Shown here in pieces: positions 23,118-34,914 of a DNA stretch of 64,000 bases (its first letter is position 1; every line of letters begins with the position of its first letter). A program made the translations under genes and the position numbers. Source of the DNA: Epithemia pelagica (taxonomy: Eukaryota > Protista > Bacillariophyta). The stretch spans positions 3,345,955-3,409,954 of the forward strand of contig OX337238.1 of NCBI GenBank assembly GCA_946965045.2, in the 5' to 3' direction. The notes below the pieces were generated by a model, which worked only from the letters and a program-made list of their open reading frames with translations, did no database searches and was not told the DNA's origin.

Positions 23118-24508
23118 TGTGATGATGATGCATCGATCGACCTGTTGTGCAAGCGACGATTGTTCTTCTTGTTGTTTGGCTGCTATTGGCGGATCAGGAA
23201 GCGCGATTTTTCACTTCTTGTCATGATCCTTGTTGAAAGAGACGGACGATTGTTACAGTGGTGTTGTTCGGATGGGTCAAGGCGAATGTTGTTGTCACTG
23301 TTGTCCACTTCTGATTGTTCTTTGTAGAAATCGAGCATGGGTGGTTGCTACTTCTGTACTTTTGTTTTGTTATTGGGCGTGGAAGTGGGGAAACCGACAA
23401 GTTTTACACACCACTCCACCAAGGCAATATTTTTACAGCAGAATGAGCAAGCGACAAAAAAGCACAAGCGAGGCCCCAACAAAGCCTTGTCACAAGCAGG
23501 ACAGGAATGTTGATTGATTGTTCATTGTCAAGGCTGGCCTCTCTTATGTATCGTGAAATCTTTATCTAGTTTCACTCTTTTTGGCTGGAGGTCGTTTTGA
23601 CGTAACAAAACTCCTGTACGTTCTCGACGCAACAGGTGGATTCAAGCGACAACTACCCCGGTCCACCTTTTGTTCCTTGCACTGTTGTGGTTTTCCATCG
23701 AGACGACAACGTCACCCACTGGCAAATATAGCACCGGTCCCTTGGTGAACAGAGGCATCACGTCTGCCACAATCATTGGACCACATACGCGAGCATTATA
23801 CTGACAACCGGCGGAGACAGCACGAGACGGTTTTGGCTCTCCCAAAAAGACGATGATTGATGGAGTCGGTATCAATCATGACATAAGGGACCAACCTTTC
23901 CGGTCCAACCACATCCACGTGACATTCTCGAAAGCGGTCCAAAGAAGACGAATGCAGGCATCTGCTGCTAATCCAACACGGGAAGCGAGTCTAAATGGGA
24001 TGAACGGCATGTTCCTTCTGGTCCATCATGTCGTCGGATTCTTGTTTTTGTGTAGTTGTACTTATGGCCTTGCTGCCTCCACTATATACCCGATGCATTC
24101 GAATCACTGGATCAAGAGAAGACCACTCTCTCTGTTGTTGTTTGTTGTCGTTGTTGTGAGCAGTCTGTAGGACCAAGGGAAGAATGGTGTTCCATAAATG
24201 GCGTTGGACGAGAGATGACTCAGAACTAGGGATATCTACCCAGTGGATGTTGGATTGTCGATCTGTGGACCTCTTCATCACAGATTGGGATGTCGATCTC
24301 TCTCCCTCGTCTCGTCGTATCTTACACAGCAAAAGATACTTTTCTTGGGGCTTGTCATGAAATATATGTGCGACTGATTGTCCTTCATCATCGTACGCAG
24401 GACAGGCACAACTTTCCTGGTCTCTCCTCTCCACGCAAAAAAGCTCATCGCTGCGATTCTCAATTGCAAAGCTGTCATTGCTCGTCGACGTTGTCAAGCG
24501 CCGTGACC

Positions 24509-25645
24509 ATGACAACGACACTGCAAAAGCAAGCATGGCAGTCGGGCCTTGTCCTGTTAGACGAGACACCTGAATGGAATTTCGAGCACTGGCCTCCTCT
24601 TGTGGGTGGATGGCGTGGAGGTCATACCTCGGTCGTACTGAATCATACCGATAACAACCAAGAACAAACCGTCGTCGTGTTGGGTGGACATCGAACAGGT
24701 CAAGGCGAGCTAGATTCCATTCTTGTATTAAACTTGGCAGAATCAAACAAGCAGTGGCGCGAAGGGCCACGCATGAACCAGAAACGTGATGGACATGCCG
24801 CTGTTGTGTGCAATGGAGGCATTTACGTGATGGGAGGAGACAATGGAGCACCTTTGGATTGTATCGAACGAATTGACATAAAGAATTTGCTACATTCACC
24901 TTTAACAACAAGCAACAAACATGAGAGGCATTGGACAACATTGACATGTCGGTTATCAACGCCACGATGGGGATGTGGTGCTGTCGCGGTTCACAACCGA
25001 TACATCGTTGTATTGGGTGGACGCAGCAATCGTTATTTGCCGTCGGTGGATATTATTGATACAAACAACCACCTAGTCACTGCGGGACCATCCATGACTG
25101 TTCCACGAGCATGGTGTGCCAGTGCGGTCATTGGACACCGCATCTTTGTCGTTGGAGGTTGGAACGAGCATGGTCGTGTTGACAAGGTGGAGTATTTGTA
25201 CTATGCAACACCCTGTGACAGTGATGTGACAAAAAAGGAGATAGGCTCGACATTCATCTCTTTCTTATCCACCTGGACCACTCATTCGGAGTTGAGGCTC
25301 TCCAATGCACGAAGTTCTTGTGCAGTGGTTGCCGTGGGATCTTGTTTGGTTGTGACGGGAGGATGGGGCAATTCAACCGTGGAAGTCTTGGATATTCACC
25401 GCAACCGCGTATGGAATCTCCCACCATTTGGAAATCACCGTGTTGGCTGCAATATGGTGACTGTTACAAATCACGTGGCCGTGATTGGTGGATGGGAGAA
25501 TCCCTCCTGTACAACATTACCACTCCTGGATAGGAATTCGTGGTGTTTTCGTCGACTTTGTGAGCAGCAGCCCAATGGATGGGAGCATTCTCTTGAAGGC
25601 ACGGGTATCCGAGACGCTGATATCTCACGCTTCTTCAACTCGTAA
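24509..25645 (+). CDS. Kelch-repeat protein K4 (short C-terminal tail)
   Basis: Intact blades. A small deletion relative to K7 causes a stop at 25645, before the KRAR tail. Confidence 0.88.
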   Translation: MTTTLQKQAWQSGLVLLDETPEWNFEHWPPLVGGWRGGHTSVVLNHTDNNQEQTVVVLGGHRTGQGELDSILVLNLAESNKQWREGPRMNQKRDGHAAVVCNGGIYVMGGDNGAPLDCIERIDIKNLLHSPLTTSNKHERHWTTLTCRLSTPRWGCGAVAVHNRYIVVLGGRSNRYLPSVDIIDTNNHLVTAGPSMTVPRAWCASAVIGHRIFVVGGWNEHGRVDKVEYLYYATPCDSDVTKKEIGSTFISFLSTWTTHSELRLSNARSSCAVVAVGSCLVVTGGWGNSTVEVLDIHRNRVWNLPPFGNHRVGCNMVTVTNHVAVIGGWENPSCTTLPLLDRNSWCFRRLCEQQPNGWEHSLEGTGIRDADISRFFNS

Positions 25646-25959
25646 ATGAGCAAGGCCAAATTCATGCCAAAATGATAGAGGGAATGATGAAACCTAGCCG
25701 TTTATTTCTCGAGTGGTGGACTTGTTTTCTACATTCGATTGCAATCCTACCACCTCGTATTAAGTGTTTACTCAAAAGTAGAAAGAACCTGTTGCAAGAA
25801 AGAAGGTGCTTGTTTGTTGTCAAGGAACGACCCAATTTGTGTACCTCTACAAGTGGTACTACGCTCCGGCCATTACCTGTTACCTGTCAGTTGTGGGACA
25901 GTGCCACCACCGTGACAGTGCAGTTGTGAGACCAATTCTGCACTTTGTGGTGGCATCAT

Positions 25960-28500
25960 GGCTCTCTAGATTGGTAGCTATGGCAGGGAGGCAACCAACC
26001 GATGAGAGGAGCAGGAACAGAAGCACGCCAAGCCGAAACCTTGTTGGACCTGATGTTGTCCGCTTCGAATGGTCCTTCCTCGAAAGATGACAATGGGTCG
26101 AGTTTGGATAGAAGTAAGGAGGGAGGACCGTATCATATCCAATTCCGACATGATGGCCAAGAACAGGTTGTCCCTTTCAGGGGAGTCTCCACGCTCCAAT
26201 CGCAATGCCTTCTTCCACCTGCTGTTGCATGTGAATCGCAATACGTTGCTGCACTTGTCATGTGATGTCAAGCCGGAATGGCCCAATGGAGATGACGAGT
26301 CCAAGAGGAACCCACCAAATCGAATCGAGGGTCGTGCCAATTGTCGCAATGGACAAGAACGAAAACAAGGAATCGAGTCTCGACATTGCGACGAGACAGA
26401 CAGGCCACCTCCCCCCACAACTACTTTCTGTCGCAGCATTGCTCGTTCAATTGCTCATGTCTGGAAACAAGCCGCTCCCCATCGCAATGTCTTGCCCCTC
26501 AATGCCAGTTCCGTCGAAACCTTGTTGCACAATTACGACAACACTGTCGAACAGCATCAGTGTTGGACCTCGACCACTACATCCTTTGTGCCGCGCACCG
26601 AACTCAGCAGCAGCACCAACAACACAACCACGACAACGAATGCCGCAGGTCATGTCTTGGTCATTATGGAAGCCTTGCCACCCCCACCGTATAAATGGAT
26701 GGTCGTGTTGGAACACGAGTCGCCCGAGGCGGTTGTGTGGTCGAATGGTTTTGCTCGTCGGTGTCGGAATGGCGAAATTCGTGTGTCTGCTTCTTGTTTA
26801 TCGTGGAATCGCCCGACCATCTGTGGCTCGCTTATCACACTGATCGGGTGGAAAGTGGGTCGCTTCGACCTTTGGTGCAATCACCACAACGCTGTCCCTG
26901 GTGTGCACCAGACACCAACACGCTATGTATCAACCACTCATGTGTGTGGCTTCTGTGGTCGCCCCAGCCAATCCTGTTAGTATCAAAAGTATAGCTCATT
27001 GTAAACTAATACATTGTCACCCGTGTTGTGGATTTGATGGTTCTTGTTGTCGTCCTTGTTTGGACTTTGGACCATGGGTCGATGGTCGACTTGTATGCAA
27101 GCACAAAAGCAGCAGAGTGTCAGGAATGATTGATGCTTTTCCACTTTCCTCATCCTCCTCTTGAGAAGAACGGCTATTGTTTCCGTTGAAAATTGTCGTG
27201 GGTCGCTGGATTCCTCGATTCTCGTGTATTGTAGTCTCCAGGGAGCGACGGCTCCAGACAGCGGCCACCTCCATGGCCATTTGTTGTGTTTGTGGTGTCA
27301 CTGGTCAGAATGACTCCCCATCGAGAGCTTTCGTATCTTCTGGGATTTGAATTCTGTTTGCTTCAAGAGATTCGAACGTGCGGGCTCCAGATCGCGCGGG
27401 ATTTTGGACGAAGTGCTCCTTTGGTCTGCTAGCCGTGCTACCTTGTAGCTATGAGGTGTGATTTTCGGAGGGCAAAAGTAACGCTATAATCTATGGCACA
27501 TTTAGTATGACAAAACCTGTGGTTGTTGTCCATCTAAAAGTTTGTACCATCCAAGAGAGCTGGTTACATGGCATACTTTGTACGCACCTTGGAATGTGGT
27601 TGTTTGTATTCGGACTTGGTTTGTAACAAGCAAAAGCTATGCTGTTCCATCCATCAGGACGCGACATGCAGCTCTTGTTTTGGAACCTGGCTCCTCGTTG
27701 CCTTAGCGACAGCCATGATATTGAATGTATACCAAATGGTCAGTCGCTATTGGAAGGTTTGCGTCGTTTCCTTTGCCTTGGTGAAGGATCCTGGTCCGAG
27801 GTAATCTCATCTTCGTTGGACCGGCGCTCTCGTCTATTTGACAGGGCGAGAGCGTGTTTCTGATGAATTTTGAAACAAGTGACTGCCTTTTCTGCAACCA
27901 CCTTGACGTGACCAACCAACTGTTTGTATCTGGAATCTGTTCCGTTCAAGTCCATAGTAGCAACAAAAACAAGACATTCGCTTAGGTCGAGTTCAAGAAG
28001 TCACACATGAATTATTCCTGCCGAAATTTGCGCTGCAACACTTACCATACACATTTTCGCCAGTGATTTCACAAATTTGCATGGTTGGTAGTTGGGTTGG
28101 GAACAGACCACTGAAATGATCAAGCCACTTGTTGGCGCTTCTACTAATAGGTCTATCAATTGGGTTCTTTGGCGAAACTAGAAGTGACGCACTCGCTGTA
28201 GCGGGAGAAGACGGGAGGACCCAATGACATCCTGGAAAGGCATCCACAATCACTCGACTGACACCCGTCCAGGGGCAAACAGTCTCGTTCCGCGCCAAAG
28301 CACACAATAGCTCAGCGATACACCATTTCTTTTGAACATAGTGTGTCGATGTCACACAAACCACGACTCGCGATGTAAGAGCGTTCGTCAACATGGTTAC
28401 AAGCGGATAAGATTGGTGTCCGGCATGCATTGTTTTTTCTGCCACAAAGATATTGAGTATGTTGCCACCACCAGCCGCGATTTGCAACTGATCCTCCAAA
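25960..28500. repeat. Segmental duplication, copy 1 (partner ~49190-50562 plus 53705-54840)
   Basis: Constant offset of 23220 before the Harbinger insertion (26069/49289; 27345/50565) and 26365 after it. Near-identical over about 1.3 kb. Confidence 0.9.
26002..26980 (+). pseudogene. Unknown gene family copy (frame change near 26110-26130 or unmodelled splicing)
   Basis: The 303-aa frame 26069-26980 is nearly identical to 49289-50200. A diverged copy lies at 59124-60520, with fragments near 9500-9770, 46000-46290 and 63030-63130. Confidence 0.45.
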
Positions 28501-31170
28501 CTCCGAGCGACCGGATGCCAACAACAACGGGCGGTTGGGCGACCTGTATTGAATTGATTCCCATGTTGGACTAGTATGTGTGATCCCTGCGACCGCCTGT
28601 GCTTCTAGGTGCGGTTGATTGCTAACTCCATACCAGACTGTGTAGGTAGTTCGTCTCACATTTTTATACTACAGTGTACGACCGGAAAGTAGTTTCGTGC
28701 GAGTCGCGCGGCTTCCCTCTCGTGTGTGACACTTGTGTGACACTTGTGTGACACTTTGCGACATGGCTTCCAGGAAATCCTCACTACCTACACAGCTTGA
28801 TAGGGAGTAAGTTTACTACTTCCCTGTGTCTCGCCGTCCTCTCGCGTCGGGCGCGCCCGGCTTGTCGGGAGAATGACTCGACGGGCAATTGTCTTGTCGG
28901 GCGTGCGCCCTCCTCGACCATTGCCCTCCTCGTCATTCTACCCTCCGCGCCCGGCGGTCCCTCCTTGAAAGGACTCGACACCGGGAAGTATTAATACTAT
29001 GGCTTACATCATAGGTAAGCCAATTGACGTTCTTTTTTAATGCTTTCGAAACCTGTTTCATATCATGATCCGACATGTTGGTATTTCCAACATCAAGCAA
29101 ACGCCACCCGGAATTTTGCTGCAATGCCGTGGACAGGGAAATCGCACCATCGTCCCCAACATCAGTATGTGCCAATCGCAAGTGTCGCCAGGCCTTTGAT
29201 GTACTCAGAGCTTGTAATAACGCACTGAGACCAAGATCGGACATGTTGGTGAACCCGAGATCAAGAGTATGCCACGAATGACGCGCAATACCCCAAACCA
29301 AGTTGATCACTCCTTCACCAGTGACCATTGGCATGTTGGAGACGGAAAAACTTGACCACGCGGTGTTACGAGACAACGCCGTTCCTAAATCACGTGCTCC
29401 CTGGGGGCTGATCTTGATACGAGACAGATTCATGCAACGCCAATTCGGATTGCTATCCATCCCATTGACCAGCGCTTGTACACCAGTATCATCAAGATCT
29501 GAATCGGTCAGGTCCAAGATTAGCCAGTTGGTGTTCTTTAGGAACATGTCAGCAATGGCATTGGCTCCTTTATCGCCCAAATGTTTCAGGTCACTAAGAG
29601 ACAAGCGAGTCCATTGCGCACTGCCTCGCTGTGTAAATGTAGTCAAAGTGGATGTCATGGTGCCGTCACTGTTTTGTGTCGTTGCACAACCATCTTGGAT
29701 GCTATGAATCAATCGCCGCGCTCCTTGAATAGTGATTGAGGTGCCATGCAGTGAAATGGTTCGCGGAATGGTAAACGGTCGACCAACCCGGACCCGGAAA
29801 GGCCCGTTCCAAGGCACCATGCATAAATCCATAGACTGCCAGCATTGTCCCAAATACTCTGCCATTGATAGGGCATCGGTTGCTTGGTCATGATTTGTGA
29901 GGAATGCATTGGAAATGGTATCTGCCGTGAATCCAATTTCGTCCGGATGGTTCTCTACTAGAAAGGATAGGTCCTCAATGGGGTTGTCAATCATCGAGCC
30001 TGGAAACCAAAGCACCAACGAATTCCAATGCTTCTCCAACCGTAGGAAAATGGCTGGACCAACCTCGAGCCACTGCCAAATTTCATCCAATCCTACATGT
30101 AAAACAAACCGTTCCCAGCTTGATGAGGTTTGTAACAGATTGGCCAACATTTCGACCCATTCGTCAGGAGTCTCAAGAGGAAGAAATAAGATAAATTATT
30201 TCCAAGACGTTTGTCCACGGAGACCCTCGGCCACTACTTCGACATGTTTTGCGTTGAGTAATTCCAGATCAAACACTCGCCAGACTGTGTTGCCCTCCAG
30301 TGAGTTGGCAACGGATACCAGTTCTCCATCAAAATCAAATGGACATAAATAGTGAAATGTTTCCCAGCATTGATTGCGACGCAAGGCATGTGACAATGCT
30401 TCGTCGATCGGAACCCGTGTACCTTCTGGTGGGCCCTCAAGTTGGAATGATTTCCATGTCTTATTGACACTCAAAGCTTCGCACAAGGCTTTAACTCCAT
30501 TGACAGAAGGAAACTCCACGTATTTGAGCTTGAAGTTGGTCCATTGGGTATTTTGCTGCAATGCTACTGCCAGTGCTTCAACTCCTTCATCTTCAAGTTC
30601 CATATTAAGAAGTATCATGTTCTGCCAAACATGATTGTTGTTCAAAGCCCTAGCCAGTGCTTTCCATCCAGTCGATCCAAAATTGCATTCCTCAATCGAA
30701 AAGGTCTTCCAAGACGGATTTGTATTGAGAGCATTCGACAACCCAACCGCCGTTTCGTCGATTAGGTCTTTTACGAGACGCAATTCTAGCACGGCATTTG
30801 GTGTGGTGGTTTTGGCGAATGCCCGGGCTAGGGCTTCAATGCCCACGTCACCGATATCCGTATGAAGGATCCGCAGATTGGACCAATCTATACCATAGCG
30901 TCTTTTGTCCCTGAAGTCTCTTTCCAAATCGAGAATGGTTTGTGCAGTGCGGTCGGTGGCTTTGGTGTTGATTAAGATTGGCAACCATCGTTCCCTAAAG
31001 TGCTCCACCATACGTTGTTTCATGTTGGGGCTGATCTGGGTGCCTTTCAATTACCACGGATTGCATTCGTTCATTTCAGGGTTGTTTCCCTCCATTGTCG
31101 TTTACGGAAGAGACATCTTGCGGTCCATTGGATGGATGAGGTCGAAAGTCGTTGTCGTCGTTTTAATGGG
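27740..31170 (-). pseudogene. LRR-TIR gene, copy 2 (disrupted)
   Basis: LRR ORFs 30196-31050 and 28933-30150 are in one frame, separated by TAA where copy 1 has TAT (TSWK*FIL vs TSWKYFIL). Another in-frame TAA lies just 5' of the ORF start at 31050. The helical segment and the start of the TIR are replaced by a foreign segment at 28503-~28995. The TIR remainder is 27993-28499. Confidence 0.85.
28503..28995. mobile_element. Unclassified insertion A with terminal rod-like hairpin
   Basis: Absent from LRR-TIR copies 1 and 3 (junction ctccaaact|ccgagc vs ctccaaact|ggtgac in copy 3). Contains 3x GTGTGACACTT (28724-28756) and a fold-back at 28817-28990. The right boundary is approximate. Confidence 0.55.
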
Positions 31171-31755
31171 TTCTTGATCCACGGAGAGCAAAAAAAAAGA
31201 TCTTGTGTTTGTACCGCCATTCCTACTCAGCGGGGAGCATGTGAAAGACTAGAATCTTATGTATACTGAAGTGCATGCGAAGCGCAAGGATTCATTGGGG
31301 GCGCAACCTCTTGCAAGTGGGTTCGGATTCTCAGTAAGCCAGTGTCACTTCTGTGTCGTCATCTACAGCATCCGATACAGTCTCAGTTACATGTGACAGA
31401 AAAGAGGAGGATCCGACGATAAGAAAAAGAAGGTGACTGTTCGACGACCAGACACCAGACGACAGAACCACGTCCTCTCTTTCTCTCGTCGTCTGACGAC
31501 AATGGGCGAAATGGACGAACAAGAAAGAAAACAAGAACAACGACGTGAACTACAATCCGGACGACCCAAACACCATCCAAGCCAACGGAGGGAGTCCACT
31601 ACGTACCTGAGAGCCCGCGTCCGATGGTCACGCCTAGGGGGCGAAACGCGGACCCGCCATGGGTTTTTTTGGCTGCAAACCGAACTCCCATGGTCCACCC
31701 ACGACCGAAATGCCGATCCGGCGCAACCGCACCCCCGCCAATCGGGACAAAACAC

Positions 31756-34700
31756 ATGAATCGCATGGCGAACCAACCTATGACCATGCAAACGCTCCAT
31801 GGTCTGAGGAAATCCAAACCAAACGACCACGACGGCATACAGGCCCACCATGGTGCCCAAAAGGCCCAAAAGGCCCAAAGAAAAACCCCGGAGTCCAACA
31901 CCAACGGTCATACGCTCCCCACTCCAGCGACACGCCACAGCCAAACCGACACCCACACGAGGCAGGAGGAAAACAACCAACCAGGACCCGCCTCCAGGCC
32001 AGCCCACCAACCAACAAACCGTCCTCAACCACCAACCAATCAAACCGGCACCAAACATTCGATGAACAGGAAAAGACACGACGCTACAGCCGTCCACCTA
32101 CTCCCCGGCCAACTTCAACACCCGGACAACACCACGGCACCAAGAGCCGCAACAAGAACCACCGCCACCCAGACCGACCCACCGACACTTGTCGGCATCC
32201 AAGGACACATCCCAGATGGACCGAACCGAGCACCCAACAAGGGAAGACAACCGGCCAGTCATTTGCGAGCAATGAACGGTCATAGTCATAAAGCCAAGAC
32301 ATCGCAAGAAACGAACAACGAAACCATCCTCACAAAAAATACGAAAACCAAGAGTTTTCCCCAGATTCGAACACCACCAGCACCCAGCAGCAACAACGCC
32401 GACAACAACCCACCAGCATCAACCATGCAAGTCCACTCCAAGCCCTCCTCCGGCCGCCGTCAGTCACGTGCCAAATCGCAAGGCCCAGCCAAACCCTTCT
32501 CGTACAACGACTCCACCACCATTACCGCCATCACCCCTGAACGCCGCTCCCTCATCAACAAAACCAAAACCATCGCCCAAGAAAACAACAAACAAAAAGA
32601 AACAATGATTCCGACCGAAAACCATAAAAACAAAACCCAGAAAAATGCAGCCCTCACCATGAACATCGATCCAAACCACCAACAACACGAAGAAGTCGAA
32701 AACCACGACGACACCGAAGCCAACCCAGACACCGGCATGCAGCAGGACAACGACAACAACCACGCCCAGGAGCACAACGGCGCCAGCCACGAAAACAAAA
32801 ACGGAAGCGAACCAGGCCTTCACGACAACCAAGGAGACCCGAACGGCCAAGCCCACAACGATGACCCCAACGACGCCGACCCGGCAAACAATGAGACGGA
32901 GGAAGAAGAAATGAACGACGACGCCCAAACCAACACGGCAGCCAGCCCCTCCAACCCTTACCGCACCCTCAAGCAACCCCAAAAGCGCGCCCCTTCCCCA
33001 GAACCGGCGATGCTTATCCACCTACACGTCATGGTCAACCACAATCCGAACCCGCAAGCGGAATCGGCTCTGCCCCGTCTTACCGAACAAGCGGTCAAAG
33101 ACCACTTGAACCAGGTATTTTTCCACCACAGCAAGCGCGAAGAGCCCATGTGGCTTCAAGTGCACAAAGCTGAATTCATTGAAACCAAACAAGCTGGACG
33201 CCCGAGCTTCCGCCAAAACGACCAACAGCGTCAACGCAACAACAACGGACATGTATCATCCTTCCATGTCACCTTGTCCCCCGCCCCCGCCAACGACGCC
33301 TTCGACACAGAAGTTTTCCGCGAACAAGGCCTTCGGTGTGTGCTACAGATGTGGCACCGTCACAAGAATGACGACTTCTCCCACGACGATTTCGGCGACC
33401 CAAGCATCCTGCGGAACGGAACGCCACAATCCAACCCAACCACCAACCCGCGCTGGGACCAATACAACGTGTACCTCCCAGCAAACAACAACAGGACCAG
33501 CGACACCTTCGGGATGGTTGTTGGGATTCCAGCACAAGCCATTAAACACCGTCGGGCGGCACAGGACTTGACGGCAGCAATTCAGCACTCCCTCCGAGCC
33601 CATCTTCCACGCAAGCTGGACTGGACGGCCTTCTTCGACCACATCGGGTGCCGATCCGGAACCTTTAGTGGAGAACTCAAAAGCAAACAAAGAGGACAGG
33701 TCCCCGTCGTCTACATCACGGCCTCGTCTCGGGCCAACTTCGAACTGCTATTGCGCAGTTACAATGCATTCACAGCAGCCAACAGGGACACCGACATCAT
33801 GTGGCAAGACAACAAGATCCAACTTATTCCGATGCCCAAAACCCAAACGAATCGAACAACGACGTTGGAAACAATTAAAGACATTGACCAATTCTTTGGT
33901 TCAAGCGTCAAGATCCGCCTCCGTCCGATCAACACAGAAGCAACGGACGGCGATTGGAAACAACTCAAAACAATGGACGAGTACATCGCCGTATTCCCCG
34001 AATACGACAATGAAGATCCGGACCCCATCTACTACACATTGATCATGCGAAAGACACCGGACACACACCACTTGACCACCAATACAATCCGCACGCATCC
34101 AGGATTCCCGACTAATATCCTGCTGCCTACTCTGGCCGCCGTGGCGGCAACTCCTCCGCGGCAACCAAGCACCAACCAGGACACACCGACATCCTCCACT
34201 CACACCAACAGGCTCATCGCCTTCGCAGACCGACTACTACGACGAAAGACCAACTTGGCAGAGGACCACAACCACCAACCAACAACATCAACCAGAGCTC
34301 GCAACACTCCACCAGGCACACCGCCTCCGACAAAAAGAACCGCCACCCACTTTTCAGACGACGGCAATGACGACGACGAAGATCCTTACAACGACGGCAC
34401 AGACTGGACACAGGTCGCGACAAACATGGACCACAGCCACCAATACAATCGGCTCGCACACAAACCTGCGCAAAACGACGACCGCAAACCACCGGCACAA
34501 CAAAACAGCTTTTCCGCCCTCGCAGAAGATGAACACTCCCACAACAACAAACGCCACCACGACGAGGACGACGTGGACAGAATGGAGACGGAAGAAGACA
34601 ACGACGACGCACACTCCCAGTCTCTCATCCCCCCGGACGATCTCGACGACAACGAGGCCCATCCGCAATACTCCGCACCAACAGGACACGAAATAGCACT

Positions 34701-34914
34701 GATCATGCAGTACGTCCGCAACAACAAACCGTCCCGCACCGCAGAGATGCGAAAATACCTGCAACAAACGAAATCATTCGCGAATGATACCGACGCGGAA
34801 GACGCCTGGCGCTATGCTCAGTCTCTGGTTCAGACTAGCAGCTCCAGCGTCGCCGGCTCCCGCACCGGCCATGTGGTCCCGCATGCAACATGGGCCAAAG
34901 AGCAAAATGAGTAA
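31756..34914 (+). CDS. Retrotransposon ORF1 (low-complexity termini, globular core)
   Basis: Open frame 31624-34914; first ATG at 31756; Q/N/T/D-rich ends. No recognisable family by eye. Confidence 0.75.
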   Translation: MNRMANQPMTMQTLHGLRKSKPNDHDGIQAHHGAQKAQKAQRKTPESNTNGHTLPTPATRHSQTDTHTRQEENNQPGPASRPAHQPTNRPQPPTNQTGTKHSMNRKRHDATAVHLLPGQLQHPDNTTAPRAATRTTATQTDPPTLVGIQGHIPDGPNRAPNKGRQPASHLRAMNGHSHKAKTSQETNNETILTKNTKTKSFPQIRTPPAPSSNNADNNPPASTMQVHSKPSSGRRQSRAKSQGPAKPFSYNDSTTITAITPERRSLINKTKTIAQENNKQKETMIPTENHKNKTQKNAALTMNIDPNHQQHEEVENHDDTEANPDTGMQQDNDNNHAQEHNGASHENKNGSEPGLHDNQGDPNGQAHNDDPNDADPANNETEEEEMNDDAQTNTAASPSNPYRTLKQPQKRAPSPEPAMLIHLHVMVNHNPNPQAESALPRLTEQAVKDHLNQVFFHHSKREEPMWLQVHKAEFIETKQAGRPSFRQNDQQRQRNNNGHVSSFHVTLSPAPANDAFDTEVFREQGLRCVLQMWHRHKNDDFSHDDFGDPSILRNGTPQSNPTTNPRWDQYNVYLPANNNRTSDTFGMVVGIPAQAIKHRRAAQDLTAAIQHSLRAHLPRKLDWTAFFDHIGCRSGTFSGELKSKQRGQVPVVYITASSRANFELLLRSYNAFTAANRDTDIMWQDNKIQLIPMPKTQTNRTTTLETIKDIDQFFGSSVKIRLRPINTEATDGDWKQLKTMDEYIAVFPEYDNEDPDPIYYTLIMRKTPDTHHLTTNTIRTHPGFPTNILLPTLAAVAATPPRQPSTNQDTPTSSTHTNRLIAFADRLLRRKTNLAEDHNHQPTTSTRARNTPPGTPPPTKRTATHFSDDGNDDDEDPYNDGTDWTQVATNMDHSHQYNRLAHKPAQNDDRKPPAQQNSFSALAEDEHSHNNKRHHDEDDVDRMETEEDNDDAHSQSLIPPDDLDDNEAHPQYSAPTGHEIALIMQYVRNNKPSRTAEMRKYLQQTKSFANDTDAEDAWRYAQSLVQTSSSSVAGSRTGHVVPHATWAKEQNE

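Noticed and set aside
23991-24965. Long antisense or alternative-frame ORFs (also 5761-6447, 13609-14142, 31387-32097, 32464-33021, 35590-36399, 36835-37551)
   Set aside because: They are shadows of real genes or of low-complexity codon-biased DNA, with no recognisable motifs.
31600-31672. Hammerhead or HDV ribozyme in the CRE 5' UTR (ctgaga...gcc tagg ggc gaaac gcgg)
   Set aside because: Stem-like pieces exist, but CUGANGA is incomplete and the order of the elements fits no hammerhead type.
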